Assembly: GCA_964571285.1 (NCBI GenBank)
Contig: CAZNCE010000001.1
Location: forward strand, 47,255-111,254
DNA: 64,000 nucleotides
Origin: an uncultured Nocardioidaceae bacterium
GTDB lineage: Bacteria > Actinomycetota > Actinomycetes > Propionibacteriales > Nocardioidaceae
Direction: 5' to 3'
In this document: positions 50,578 to 60,002 of the stretch, piece by piece
Layout of the letters: the number at the start of each line of letters is the position of its first letter
Numbering within the stretch: the first letter of the stretch is position 1
Program-made: the position numbers and the translations under genes
Notes under the pieces: generated by a model
The model's input: the letters and a program-made list of their open reading frames with translations, nothing else
What the model was told of the DNA's origin: nothing
Database searches by the model: none

Positions 50578-51945
50578 TCAGCGGCGCCGCTTGCGGGGAC
50601 GCACCTGGAGGTTCAGCGGCGAGCCGACGAACCCGAACTCCTCCCGCAGCCGCCGCTCCACGAACCGCAGGTACGACGCCTCCAGCGGGCCGGTGGTGAA
50701 CAGGATCAGCGTCGGCGGCGCAACCGAGGCCTGGGTGCCGAACAGGATCCGGGGCTGCTTGCCCCCGCGCACCGGATGCGGATGCGCGGCGACCAGCCGA
50801 CCCAGAAAACTGTTCAGCTCCCCCGTCGGCACGCGCGTCTCCCAGCCGGCCAGTGCGGCCTCCAGCTGAGGCACCAGCCGGTCCACATGCCGGCCGGTGC
50901 GGGCGGTGATGTTAACCCGGGGTGCCCACTGCACCCGGACCAGGTCGCGTTCGATCTCACGGGCGAGGTAGCGACGCCGTTCCTCGTCGACCAGGTCCCA
51001 TTTGTTGAACGCGATCACCAGGGCCCGGCCGGCCTCCTGGACCGAGCTGATGATCCGCTGGTCCTGCTCGGTCAGCGGCTCGTGCGCGTCGATCACCACC
51101 AGCGCCACCTCCGCCCGCTCCACCGCCGCACTGGTGCGCAGGCTGGCGTAGTACTCGTGCCCCGACGCCTCCCGGACGCGGCGGCGGATCCCCGCGGTGT
51201 CGATGAACCGCCAGACCTTGCCGCCGAGCTCGACCAGCTCGTCGACCGGGTCCACCGTGGTGCCGGCGACCGAATCCACCAGCACCCGCTCGGCGCCGGC
51301 CAGCTGGTTGAGCAGGCTCGACTTGCCCACATTGGGCTTCCCCACGATGGCCACCCGCCGCGGTCCCCCGGCCTGCTCCGTGGCCTCCTCCGGAGCGTCC
51401 GGCAGAGCGTCCAGTACGGCGTCGAGCAGGTCCCCGCTGCCACGTCCGTGCAGCGCGGAGACCGGCAGCGGCTCCCCGAGACCGAGATTCCACAGCGCTG
51501 CTGCCTCCAGCTCGCCGCGCTCGTCGTCGACCTTGTTGGCGGCCAGCACGACCGGTTTGCCGGACCGGCGCAGCACCTTCACCACCGCCTCGTCGGTGTC
51601 GGTGGTGCCGATCGTCGCGTCGACCACGAACAGCACCGCGTCCGCCGCGGTCACCGCGATCTCGGCCTGCGCGGCGATCCGCTCGGCGAGCCCGCGGGCG
51701 TCGGGATCCCAGCCGCCGGTGTCGACCAGGGTGAACTCCCGGCCCCGCCACAGCGCGTCGTAGGCGACGCGGTCGCGGGTGACCCCCGGGACGTCCTGCA
51801 CGACCGCCTCGCGGCGGCCGATCAGCCGGTTGACCAGCGTGGACTTGCCGACGTTGGGGCGCCCGACCACGGCGACCACCGGCACCCGGCGCGCGGTGGC
51901 GACGGCCGGGTCCGCCGGAGCCGGCCGATCGGTGTCGTCGCTCAC
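50578..51945 (-). CDS. der: Ribosome-associated GTPase Der (EngA)
   Basis: Two G domains, GRPNVGKST...DTGG and GKPNVGKSS...DTAG, plus a KH-like C-terminus. Confidence 0.97.
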   Translation of the reverse strand: MSDDTDRPAPADPAVATARRVPVVAVVGRPNVGKSTLVNRLIGRREAVVQDVPGVTRDRVAYDALWRGREFTLVDTGGWDPDARGLAERIAAQAEIAVTAADAVLFVVDATIGTTDTDEAVVKVLRRSGKPVVLAANKVDDERGELEAAALWNLGLGEPLPVSALHGRGSGDLLDAVLDALPDAPEEATEQAGGPRRVAIVGKPNVGKSSLLNQLAGAERVLVDSVAGTTVDPVDELVELGGKVWRFIDTAGIRRRVREASGHEYYASLRTSAAVERAEVALVVIDAHEPLTEQDQRIISSVQEAGRALVIAFNKWDLVDEERRRYLAREIERDLVRVQWAPRVNITARTGRHVDRLVPQLEAALAGWETRVPTGELNSFLGRLVAAHPHPVRGGKQPRILFGTQASVAPPTLILFTTGPLEASYLRFVERRLREEFGFVGSPLNLQVRPRKRRR

Positions 51946-52703
51946 CCCCAGGCCTCCTCGGCCTCGGGGCCGACCTCGGGACCCTGCCGCTCCTCGACAT
52001 CCAGCCCGGAGTCCGGAGCCGGGCCCGGCAGGTCGTGCCCGGTCTGCCGTACCGCCGCCTGCACGTGCTCCGCCAGACGCAGCCGCAACTGCTCGGCGAG
52101 GTCGGCGACCTCGTCCTTGCGTCGCGGCCAGAGCCGCCGCTGCACCGGGATCGGTTCGCCGAACACCACGTCGATCCGGTTCCCCTTCGGTGGCAGCGAG
52201 GTGACCGACTGTCCCGGGGCCCGGGTGCCCAGGTTGGCCACCGGCACCACCGGGGCGCCGGTGACCATCGCGAGGTAGGCGACGCCGAGCCGCGCGTGTG
52301 CCACCGTGCCGCTCCCCCGGCTGCCCTCGGGATAGATCGCCACCACACGACCCGCGCTGAGGGTCCGCACGGAGGTACGGATGGCGCCCACATCGATCGA
52401 GTGGCGCTCCAGCCGGATCTGGCCCGACGCCCGCAGGATCAGCCCGAGCCGGCCCACGAACATCTCCTGCTTCACCAGCGCGTGCACCATCCGCGGGGCG
52501 GCGATCACCAGCAACGGCCCGTCGAGCACCCCGACGTGGTTGCTGGCCAGCAGCACCGGGCCGCGGGTAGGCATCAGCTCGGCATTGTGCACCTGCAGGT
52601 CCCAGCGCCGCCGCAGCAGCCGGAAGGCGGTGCCGCGGAACCCGCGCAGGCTCTGGGTCGGCGGGCGCAGGTCCTCGGTGAACAGCAGGTCCTTAGTGGC
52701 CAC
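51942..52703 (-). CDS. 1-acyl-sn-glycerol-3-phosphate acyltransferase-like protein
   Basis: HxxxxD motif in [10 protein letters not shown], and YPEGSR. 4-nt overlap with der. Confidence 0.85.
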   Translation of the reverse strand: MATKDLLFTEDLRPPTQSLRGFRGTAFRLLRRRWDLQVHNAELMPTRGPVLLASNHVGVLDGPLLVIAAPRMVHALVKQEMFVGRLGLILRASGQIRLERHSIDVGAIRTSVRTLSAGRVVAIYPEGSRGSGTVAHARLGVAYLAMVTGAPVVPVANLGTRAPGQSVTSLPPKGNRIDVVFGEPIPVQRRLWPRRKDEVADLAEQLRLRLAEHVQAAVRQTGHDLPGPAPDSGLDVEERQGPEVGPEAEEAWG

Positions 52704-53415
52704 TGCGCGCGTCCTCCGCCAGCGTCACGATCCGCTCGATCACCTGCTCCAGGCTGAGCTGGGTGGTGTCCACGACCACCGAGCCGTCGGCCCGCACCAG
52801 CGGCGCCGTGGCCCTGCCGCTGTCCAGGCGGTCGCGCCGGGCCAGGTCGGCCTCGGTGGCGGCGACCGTCGTCGACCCCGGAGCCAGCTCGGCGGTACGC
52901 CGCTCGGCCCGCGCCGACGGGTCGGCGGTCAGGTAGATCTTCAGCTGGGCTCCCGGTGCCACGACCGACCCGATGTCGCGGCCCTCCACCACGATGCCGC
53001 CGGCGCCCACGATCTCGCGTTGCAGGGCGACCAGCCGGGAGCGGACCTCGGGCACCGCGCTCACCGCGCTGACCGCCTGCGTCACCTCCGCACTGCGGAT
53101 CGCCGTGCTCACGTCGTGGCCGTCCACGGTGATCGTCGGCCGGTCCGGGTCGGTGCCGCTCTCCAGCCGCGGCCGACCGGACAGCCGCTCCACCGCGGCG
53201 GCGTCGGTGACATCCACCTCGTGCTCGAGCATCCACCAGGTGACCGCGCGATACATCGCCCCGGTGTCGAGGAACCGCAGTCCCAGGCTGCGGGCCACCC
53301 CCCGTGAGGTGCTGGACTTCCCGGAGCCGGACGGACCGTCCACCGCGACGACGAGGTCGGTGTAGGGCCGATCGGACGCTGACGCGTCGGTTTCCGGCAG
53401 CTCGCTGGCGTGCAC
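52693..53415 (-). CDS. cmk: (d)CMP kinase
   Basis: P-loop VAVDGPSGSGKSS. Start uncertain (GTG 53415 chosen; TTG 53481 in the track). Confidence 0.9.
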   Translation of the reverse strand: MHASELPETDASASDRPYTDLVVAVDGPSGSGKSSTSRGVARSLGLRFLDTGAMYRAVTWWMLEHEVDVTDAAAVERLSGRPRLESGTDPDRPTITVDGHDVSTAIRSAEVTQAVSAVSAVPEVRSRLVALQREIVGAGGIVVEGRDIGSVVAPGAQLKIYLTADPSARAERRTAELAPGSTTVAATEADLARRDRLDSGRATAPLVRADGSVVVDTTQLSLEQVIERIVTLAEDARSGH

Positions 53416-53490
53416 GCTCGAAGTCCCTGCCTCTCGTGGCCCGTTGTGGTGCCCTCTGGTGGCTCGTCGGGAAGTCCCCAACCGAACAGG

Positions 53491-54594
53491 TTACCGGTGC
53501 ACGGTCCAGCCCCGGTCCTGCAGCGCCACCACCAGCCCGGGCGCCGCCCCGGGCCGGATCACCAGCTCCACCACGCCGTACGGCCGGGCGGGGTCGTGGT
53601 CGATCCGTACGTCCTCGATGTTGACCCCGATATCGCCGGTGTCGGCGAACAGCCGGGCCAGCTCCCCGGGCCGGTCGGGCACGACGACCACGACCGAGGC
53701 CTCCGGCCGCGGCTCCGTGCCGTGCTTGCCCGGGATCGCCGCGGTGCCCTGCTGGCCCTGTTCGAGCAGCGGCCGGATCGCGGCCGGCTCGCCGTCGAGC
53801 GCGCGCAGCAGCCCGTCCAGGTCGTCGCGGACCTGGTGCAGCAGCGGCAGCAGTGCCGCCGCGTTCTCGGCCAGGATCTGTTCCCACAGCCCGGGGGCCC
53901 CGGCGGCCACCCGGGTGACGTCGCGGAGTCCCTGTCCGGCCAGCGCCAGGTGGTCGGCGGGTGCGCCCACGAGCCGCCCGGCGGCGAGCACCGACAGCAC
54001 GTGCGGCAGGTGGGAGATGCGGGCGACGGCCTGGTCGTGGGCGGCCGGGGTCAGCCGCACCGCGACGGCCCGGCAGGCCTCGGCCAGCCACTCCACCGCC
54101 GCCACGGCGTCCGGGTCGGCCTCGGGATGCGGGCACACCGCCCAGGATCGGCCGTCGAACAGCTCCGCGCTGGCCGCCATCGGGCCGGATCGCTCGCTGC
54201 CGGCCATCGGGTGGCTGCCCACGTATCGACGCAGCGCGGGCCGATCGTGGTCGCCGGCGGCGGCGCGGAGCTCGGCCAGCGGGGTGGACTTGACGCTGCC
54301 GACGTCGGTGACGGTCGCCTCGGGGTGCGTGCGCAGCGCGTCCAGCAGCCGGTCGGCCAGGGCCGCGGGCGGGACGGCGACCACCACCAGTCGGGGCTGC
54401 TCGGGCTGAGCGGTGGCGCCGATCGGGATGCCGGCGCCGAACTCCGCGGCCAGCCGCACGGCCTCGGGGTCGGTGTCCTCGAGCAGCACCTCGGCCCCGG
54501 CCCGGCGCAGGGCCAGACCCACGGACGTACCCACCATGCCGGTGCCCACGACCAGCACCGGATCGAAGTCGCCCGGACCCGCGGGTGGGGTCAC
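53491..54594 (-). CDS. tyrA: Prephenate dehydrogenase
   Basis: NAD fold VLVVGTGMVGTS, GSHPMAG, and a C-terminal ACT-like domain. Confidence 0.9.
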   Translation of the reverse strand: MTPPAGPGDFDPVLVVGTGMVGTSVGLALRRAGAEVLLEDTDPEAVRLAAEFGAGIPIGATAQPEQPRLVVVAVPPAALADRLLDALRTHPEATVTDVGSVKSTPLAELRAAAGDHDRPALRRYVGSHPMAGSERSGPMAASAELFDGRSWAVCPHPEADPDAVAAVEWLAEACRAVAVRLTPAAHDQAVARISHLPHVLSVLAAGRLVGAPADHLALAGQGLRDVTRVAAGAPGLWEQILAENAAALLPLLHQVRDDLDGLLRALDGEPAAIRPLLEQGQQGTAAIPGKHGTEPRPEASVVVVVPDRPGELARLFADTGDIGVNIEDVRIDHDPARPYGVVELVIRPGAAPGLVVALQDRGWTVHR

Positions 54595-54962
54595 GGCACC
54601 GCGCGCACGTGGGTCAGGTCGCGACGCAGCGCGGCGGCCCCGTGCAGGTAGACGTGGGTGATCTCGGGCCGGGTGAGCTCGGTCTCGACATGCGCCATCA
54701 GCCGCACCACCCGCGGCATCCCGCCCTCGATCTCCAGCTCACGGGTGCAGATCAGCGGCACGTCGGTCAGCCCGATCAGCCGAGCGGCGTAGGCGGGGAA
54801 CTCCGAGTGCAGGTCACCGGTGGCGGTGAAGATGACGCTGATCAGGTCGTCGGTGGTGAGCGAGTTGTAGTCCATTACGGTGCGGACCATCTCGGCGACC
54901 CGCTCGAGCATGTGGTCGCGCTCGTCGACGTCCAGTTGCGTCGCTCCGCGCACGGCGCGTAC
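54591..54962 (-). CDS. aroH: Chorismate mutase, AroH class
   Basis: VRAVRGATQLDVDERDHMLERV...VIFTATGDLHSEFPAYAAR...ITHVYLHGAAALRRDL aligns with remembered B. subtilis AroH. Start trimmed to GTG 54962. Confidence 0.85.
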   Translation of the reverse strand, partial: VRAVRGATQLDVDERDHMLERVAEMVRTVMDYNSLTTDDLISVIFTATGDLHSEFPAYAARLIGLTDVPLICTRELEIEGGMPRVVRLMAHVETELTRPEITHVYLHGAAALRRDLTHVRAVP

Positions 54963-55111
54963 GGCCACGGCGCCCTCCTGTCCGACGATCGGCCCGGGCG
55001 CCACCCTATCGGCGCCCCGGCCACCGCGCTGGCCCGGCTTGTCAGGTGGGCGCGCGCTCGGCGTACCCGGCATCGGGCTGACAACTCGGGTTGCGAGCGC
55101 TGCCCGGCCAC

Positions 55112-55840
55112 TCACAGACCGGCGGCGTCCAGCAGCGCGCCGAGCTCCTCGCCGGTCAGCTCGCGGGTGTTCCCGGTGCGTAGCCGGCCGACGGCGACCG
55201 GCCCGATCGCGGTGCGCGTCAGCCGACGGACCGGGTGGCCGACCTCGGCCAGCATCCGCCGCACGATCCGGTTCCGGCCCTCGTGCAGAACCAGCTCCAG
55301 CACCGACCGGTCGGCCCCGGTGTGCAGCACCCGGAACGCGTCCGCACGGACCGGGCCGTCCGCCAGGGACACCCCCTCCCGCAGCCGGCGACCCACCCCG
55401 GGGCGGACCACACCGGCCACCTCGGCGACGTAGGTCTTCGGCACGCCGTAGGAGGGGTGGGCCAGCCGGTGCGCGAACTCCCCGTCGTTGGTGAGCAGGA
55501 TCAGCCCCTCGGTGTCGGTGTCCAGCCGCCCGACGTGGAACAGCCGCTCCGGCCGGTCCGCAACCAGGTCGGCCAGCGTCCGCCGGCCCTGCGGATCGGC
55601 CATGGTGCTGACCACGCCGCGGGGCTTGTTCGCGACCAGGTAGACGTGCCGCGACGCGGTGGGGACCCGATGTCCGTCGACCCGGATCAGGGCCGTCTCC
55701 GGATCCACCCGTACGCCGAGCCGGGTGACAACGGCGCCGTCGACGGACACCCGGCCCGCGGCGATCAGCTCCTCGCAGCGCCGGCGGCTGGCCACGCCGG
55801 AGGCGGCGAGCACCTTCTGCAGCCGGACCGGCTCAGCCAT
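55112..55840 (-). CDS. rluB: Pseudouridine synthase, RsuA/RluB family
   Basis: N-terminal S4 domain RLQKVLAASGVASRR and catalytic HVGRLDTDTEGLILLTNDG. Confidence 0.9.
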   Translation of the reverse strand: MAEPVRLQKVLAASGVASRRRCEELIAAGRVSVDGAVVTRLGVRVDPETALIRVDGHRVPTASRHVYLVANKPRGVVSTMADPQGRRTLADLVADRPERLFHVGRLDTDTEGLILLTNDGEFAHRLAHPSYGVPKTYVAEVAGVVRPGVGRRLREGVSLADGPVRADAFRVLHTGADRSVLELVLHEGRNRIVRRMLAEVGHPVRRLTRTAIGPVAVGRLRTGNTRELTGEELGALLDAAGL

Positions 55841-56459
55841 CGGCGGTCGCGGCGGGCGACTCCTCGAGTTCGGGGTCCAGGTCGTCGGCGTCCGGCAGCA
55901 GCGGGGCCAGCTCGGGCAGCTCGTCCAGGGAACCCAGGCCCATCCGCTCCAGGAAGTACGACGACGTGCGGTAGAGCACGGCGCCGGTCGACGGGTCGGC
56001 GCCGGCCTCCTCGACCAGTCCCCGGGTCAGCAGCGTGCGCATCACCCCGTCCACGTTGACCCCGCGGACAGCCGACACCCGGGCCCGGCTGACCGGCTGC
56101 TTGTACGCCACCACCGCCAACGTCTCCAGGGCTGCCTGGGTGAGCCGGGCCTGCTGGCCGTCGAGCACGTAGCGCTCCACGACCGGGGCGAACTCCTCAC
56201 GGGTGTAGAACCGCCAGCCGCCGCCCACCTCGCGCAGGTCGAAGCCCCGGCCCTGCTCGGTGTACTCCGCGGCCAGCTCGGTCAGCGCGCCGAGTACGTC
56301 GTCCGGGGAGTGCTGCACCGCCTGGGCCAGGCTGAGATGGTCCAGCGGCTGGTCGGTGACCATCAGCACCGCCTCCAGCGCCGGCCGCAGCTGTGACGGC
56401 TGCTCCGCGTCGGGCTGGTCAGCGTCCTGCTCGTCGGTCAGCGTGGGCTGCTCACTCAT
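55833..56459 (-). CDS. scpB: Segregation and condensation protein B
   Basis: ALEAVLMVTDQPL...LAAEYTEQGRGFDLREVGGGWRFYT...ETLAVVAYKQPVSRARVSAVRGVNVDGVMRTL. Start trimmed to ATG 56459. Confidence 0.9.
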   Translation of the reverse strand: MSEQPTLTDEQDADQPDAEQPSQLRPALEAVLMVTDQPLDHLSLAQAVQHSPDDVLGALTELAAEYTEQGRGFDLREVGGGWRFYTREEFAPVVERYVLDGQQARLTQAALETLAVVAYKQPVSRARVSAVRGVNVDGVMRTLLTRGLVEEAGADPSTGAVLYRTSSYFLERMGLGSLDELPELAPLLPDADDLDPELEESPAATADG

Positions 56460-57423
56460 CGGGTTCCTCTTCGACTGCGGTGGCGCCGGCTTCCCCGGGG
56501 TCCTCGGGGCCGGGCTCCGCCGCATGGGATTCCGGGTCGGTGTCGGCACCGTCCGGTCCGTCGGAGCCCTCCTCCTGCGGCGGCGCGCCCTCGAACTCGT
56601 CGATGCAGGTCAGATCGGCCGTGTCCGTGCCGGTCCAGCGTACGTGCAGCTCCCCGAGGGCGCTGAGCTGCTCGAACGCGACCACACCCTCGCGGTAGAG
56701 CTCGAGCAGCGCCAGGAACCGCGCCACGGTCGTCAGGGTGTCCGGCGAGTCCGCGGCGAGGGCGCGGAAGGTCGCGGAACCGGTACGGCGCAGCCGTTCC
56801 ACCACGACCTCCGCCTGCTGGCGGACGCTGACCTTGGGGGCGTGCAGATGGCTGAGGGCGATCACCGGTTCGGGCTTGGGCGCCAGGGCACCCGCGGCCA
56901 GCCCGGCGAACTCGTGCACGCCCAGCGTGATCAGCACCTCCGGCAGCAGGCCGGCGAACCGTTCCTCCAGCCCGACCGCACGCGGCGCCCGACGCGACTC
57001 GGTGGCCAGCCGGTCGGCGAACTCGGCAGCGACCTGCTTGAACGCGCGGTACTGCAGCAGCCGGGCGAACAACAGGTCGCGCGCCTCCAGCAGCGCCAGA
57101 TCCTCCTCGTCCTCGACCTCGGTCTGCGGCAGCAGCCGAGCGGTCTTGAGGTCGAGCAGCGTGGCCGCGACCACCAGGAACTGGCTGCTCTGCTCCAGGT
57201 CCCACTGCGGCCCGAGCGCCTTGATGTAGGCCAGGAACTCGTCGGTGACCCGCGACAGCGCCACCTCGGTGATGTCGAGCTTGTGCTTGGCGATCAGCCC
57301 GAGCAGCAGATCGAACGGACCCTCGAAGTTGTCCAGGTGGACCGCGAACGACGGTGCGGCGCCGGCCGGGGCGGTCTCCCCCGTCTCGGCCGGCCGGGAC
57401 GACTGGGCAGCGGTCGCGGTCAC
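56452..57423 (-). CDS. scpA: Segregation and condensation protein A
   Basis: FAVHLDNFEGPFDLLLGLIAKHKLDITEVALSRVTDEFL. GTG start in a GTGA overlap with the upstream small ORF. Confidence 0.9.
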   Translation of the reverse strand: MTATAAQSSRPAETGETAPAGAAPSFAVHLDNFEGPFDLLLGLIAKHKLDITEVALSRVTDEFLAYIKALGPQWDLEQSSQFLVVAATLLDLKTARLLPQTEVEDEEDLALLEARDLLFARLLQYRAFKQVAAEFADRLATESRRAPRAVGLEERFAGLLPEVLITLGVHEFAGLAAGALAPKPEPVIALSHLHAPKVSVRQQAEVVVERLRRTGSATFRALAADSPDTLTTVARFLALLELYREGVVAFEQLSALGELHVRWTGTDTADLTCIDEFEGAPPQEEGSDGPDGADTDPESHAAEPGPEDPGEAGATAVEEEPDE

Positions 57424-57743
57424 GACCCACTCAGCCGGCGGGCCAGCTCGCTGTCCGGGCCGCGTTCGTCCAGGTCGGCCAGCGCGATCGCCACCGCAGC
57501 CCGGACCAGTCGGCCGCGGTCGACCGCACCACCGAGGGTGCGGCGCAGCTGCAGCCGGGCGTGCTCGATGTCGAGCAGCTCCTCCGAGGTGATGTAGACC
57601 GTCATCTTCTCGTCGTGCTTGACCCGGCCGCTGGCCCGCCGCCGCGCCGGCGCGGGGGCCGCTCGCAGCTCGGGGCGATCGGTGGCTGGTTCGTCGTCGG
57701 ACCGGGTGGGCCGGAACAGGTCGTCAGCGGCCGGCAGGCTCAC
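57420..57743 (-). CDS. Small ORF not resolved in the track (107 aa): basic disordered N-terminus plus ribbon-helix-helix-like C-terminus
   Basis: These are the last 107 codons of track ORF 57420..58493. GTG 57743 overlaps the parA-like stop (GTGA) and its own stop overlaps the scpA GTG (GTGA). GC3 is very high throughout. The C-terminus KMTVYITSEELLDIEHARLQLRRTLGGAVDRGRLVRAAVAIALADL fits a strand-helix-turn-helix pattern. Confidence 0.6.
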   Translation of the reverse strand: MSLPAADDLFRPTRSDDEPATDRPELRAAPAPARRRASGRVKHDEKMTVYITSEELLDIEHARLQLRRTLGGAVDRGRLVRAAVAIALADLDERGPDSELARRLSGS

Positions 57744-58864
57744 TCGTCGGGACAACGGGCCAGCACCTCCCGGGCCAGCTGGCGATAGGCCTCCGCCCCC
57801 GGCGAGCCGGCGGCGTAGCTGGTGATCGGCTCCCCGGCGACGGTGGAGTCGGAGAACTTGACCGTGCGCCGGATGACGGTGTGGAACACCGTGTCGCCCC
57901 ACGCGTCCACCAGCCGCTGCAGCACCTCTCGCCCGTGCAGGGTACGACTGTCGTACATGGTGCCGAGCAGCCCGTCGATGCGCAGCCTCGGGTTGAGTCG
58001 CTCGGTGACCTTGTCGATGGTCTGCTTCAGCAGCGCGACACCGCGCAGCGCGAAGTACTCGCACTCCAGCGGCACGATCACCCCGTCGGCGGCGGTGAGC
58101 GCGTTCACGGTGAGCAGACCCAGCGAGGGCTGGCAGTCGATCAGCACCACGTCGTAGTCGTCGAGCACCGGCTCCAGCACGCGGGCGAGGGTCTGCTCGC
58201 GCGCGACCTCCTGCACGAGCTGCACCTCGGCGGCCGACAGGTCGATGTTGGACGGCAGCAGGTCCAGGCCGTCCACGTCGGTGCCCACGATCGCGTCCTT
58301 GGCCGATACGCCCGGCGACATCATCACGTCGTAGACGGTCAGCTCCAGGTCGTGCGGGCTGAGCCCGAGGCCGACCGACACCGAGCCCTGCGGGTCGCAG
58401 TCGACCAGCAGCACCTTGCGGCCGTACTCCGCGAGGGCGGCACCGAGGTTGATGGTCGTCGTGGTCTTGCCGACCCCGCCCTTCTGGTTGCACATGGCGA
58501 TCACTCGGCCCCGCCCGTGCCCACGAACCGGCGCCGGCTCCGGGAGATCGGGAATCGCACGACCGGTGGGTCCGAGCTCGGGCTCGGTCTCGGTGGACTC
58601 CGCAGTGGCCTGCCGGGTGTCCTGCTCGGTGGGGAGGACCGCTACCGCGGCGGTCGCCGCTGCCTGCTCGGCGGCGTGCTCGGCCGCGTGCTCGGCGTCG
58701 GGCTCGCCGACCTGGTCGGCGGGGGGTTCGCGATCGCCCCCGGCGGACTCACCGACCCCGGTCCGCCATTCGGCCGCACCGAGCGGGGCTACCCGCGGCG
58801 GGACCGTCGGGGCTGCGGCGCTCCCGTAGGGGCTGAACACCGGACCTGATGTCGATTCGTTCAC
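57740..58864 (-). CDS. ParA/Soj-like ATPase (Rv1708-like) with ~110-aa low-complexity N-terminal extension
   Basis: Deviant Walker A MCNQKGGVGKTTTTINLGAALA, plus VLLVDCDPQGS. Start placed at GTG 58864 (VNESTSG) after GGAGAGGTAAGG. The track ORF extends to 59707 across xerD. Confidence 0.85.
   Translation of the reverse strand: MNESTSGPVFSPYGSAAAPTVPPRVAPLGAAEWRTGVGESAGGDREPPADQVGEPDAEHAAEHAAEQAAATAAVAVLPTEQDTRQATAESTETEPELGPTGRAIPDLPEPAPVRGHGRGRVIAMCNQKGGVGKTTTTINLGAALAEYGRKVLLVDCDPQGSVSVGLGLSPHDLELTVYDVMMSPGVSAKDAIVGTDVDGLDLLPSNIDLSAAEVQLVQEVAREQTLARVLEPVLDDYDVVLIDCQPSLGLLTVNALTAADGVIVPLECEYFALRGVALLKQTIDKVTERLNPRLRIDGLLGTMYDSRTLHGREVLQRLVDAWGDTVFHTVIRRTVKFSDSTVAGEPITSYAAGSPGAEAYRQLAREVLARCPDE
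58666..58713. repeat. Four imperfect 12-bp tandem units inside the parA-like N-terminal extension
   Basis: GCTCGGCGGCGT GCTCGGCCGCGT GCTCGGCGTCGG GCTCGCCGACCT on the plus strand, encoding ...DAEHAAEHAAEQAA.... Confidence 0.6.
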
Positions 58865-58914
58865 GTGCCGCCTTACCTCTCCGCCGATACGTCGACCCGC
58901 CGGTCGACTTGCAG

Positions 58915-58944
58915 ACTTTAGGACCTGCGCAGAAGGCCGTTCAA
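58915..58944 (-). promoter_or_regulatory. Candidate promoter of the parA-like operon
   Basis: Minus strand TTGAAC (58944-58939), an 18-nt spacer, then TAAAGT (58920-58915). Downstream leader contains GTCGACCGGCGGGTCGAC. Confidence 0.4.
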
Positions 58945-58958
58945 GGCGGCCGGAGGAT

Positions 58959-59002
58959 CTGTGCACGGACCCTGCCTGCCTGTGCACAACCCTGTCACAG
59001 GG
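58959..59002. repeat. Two CTGTGCAC octamers 21 bp apart plus a 13-bp palindrome, just upstream of the candidate parA -35
   Basis: CTGTGCAC at 58959-58966 and 58980-58987. CCCTGTCACAGGG at 58990-59002. Confidence 0.55.
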
Positions 59003-59076
59003 TGGGGATAAACCTGGGGACACACGCCCGGGGACGGCGAACTTCAGCGGCAGCATCGCTGCGGGCCGCGGGACCC

Positions 59077-59952
59077 TCAGGCGCGGGCCCGCGGATGCGC
59101 GGCGGCGTACACCTCGCGCAGCGAGTCGACCGTGACCAGCGTGTAGACCTGGGTGGTGGTGACCGAGGCATGCCCGAGCAGCTCCTGCACCACGCGCACG
59201 TCGGCGCCGCCGTCGATCAGGTGGGTGGCGAACGAGTGCCGCAGCATGTGCGGCGACACCTCCGCCCGCACGCCGGCCCGCTGCGCGGCGGACCGCAGCA
59301 CGGTCCAGGCGCTCTGCCGGGACAACCGGCCGCCGCGGGCGTTCAGGAACAGCGCCGGACCACCGGCCGCCCGGTGCAGGGCCGGCCGGGCCCGGACCAG
59401 GTAGGCGTCCAGCGCGTCCCGGGCGAACGACCCGAGCGGCACCACACGCTGCTTGCCGCCCTTGCCGCGCAGCAGCACGCCGCCGGTCTCCAGGTCCAGA
59501 TCGTCGACGTCCAGGCCGACCGCCTCGGAGATCCGCGCCCCGGTGCCGTACAGCAACTCCAGCAGCGCCCGGTCGCGCAGCGCCAGGCTGGTCCCGGGCG
59601 CGCCCGCGGTCTCGATCAGCCGGGTCACGTCGTCCACCGGCAGCGCCTTCGGCAGCCGGCGTGCGGGTGCCGGTGGTCGTACCCCGGCGGCCGGGTCGTG
59701 CTCGCACACCCCCTCGCGCACCAGGAACCGGTGCAGGCCGCGCACCGCGACCACCGCACGCGCCGCGCTGCCGGCCCCCAACGCGGGGTGGTCGGCGTCA
59801 CCCTCCCGCAGCCGCATCAGGAACTCCCCCACCGTGGCCTCGGTCACCTGGTCGGGGTCGTCGATCCCGGCCCCGGCCAGGAAGTCGAGGTAGCGGTGCA
59901 GGTCCCGCCGGTACGACGCGACCGTGTTGGCCGCCAGGCCGCGCTCCACCAC
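59077..59952 (-). CDS. xerD: Tyrosine recombinase XerD
   Basis: [24 protein letters not shown] at the N-terminus. Catalytic region ...ARISEAVGL...[11 protein letters not shown]...[14 protein letters not shown] (R-H-R-Y). Conserved chromosomal context. Confidence 0.9.
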   Translation of the reverse strand: MVERGLAANTVASYRRDLHRYLDFLAGAGIDDPDQVTEATVGEFLMRLREGDADHPALGAGSAARAVVAVRGLHRFLVREGVCEHDPAAGVRPPAPARRLPKALPVDDVTRLIETAGAPGTSLALRDRALLELLYGTGARISEAVGLDVDDLDLETGGVLLRGKGGKQRVVPLGSFARDALDAYLVRARPALHRAAGGPALFLNARGGRLSRQSAWTVLRSAAQRAGVRAEVSPHMLRHSFATHLIDGGADVRVVQELLGHASVTTTQVYTLVTVDSLREVYAAAHPRARA

Positions 59953-60002
59953 CAGGTGGTCCAGGTAGGTGCGCAGCGCCGGCCCGAGCCGGCCGGTGGC
60001 GC

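Noticed and set aside
57744-58493. The upstream 250 codons of track ORF 57420..58493 (357 aa)
   Set aside because: This part overlaps the parA-like gene in another frame on the same strand and is Arg/Gly-rich. Only the final 107 codons downstream of the parA stop look coding.
59077-59952. Tyrosine recombinase as a mobile-element integrase
   Set aside because: The sequence is XerD-like and sits in the conserved pyrG-Nudix-xerD-parA-scpAB chromosomal context, with no flanking repeats or cargo.
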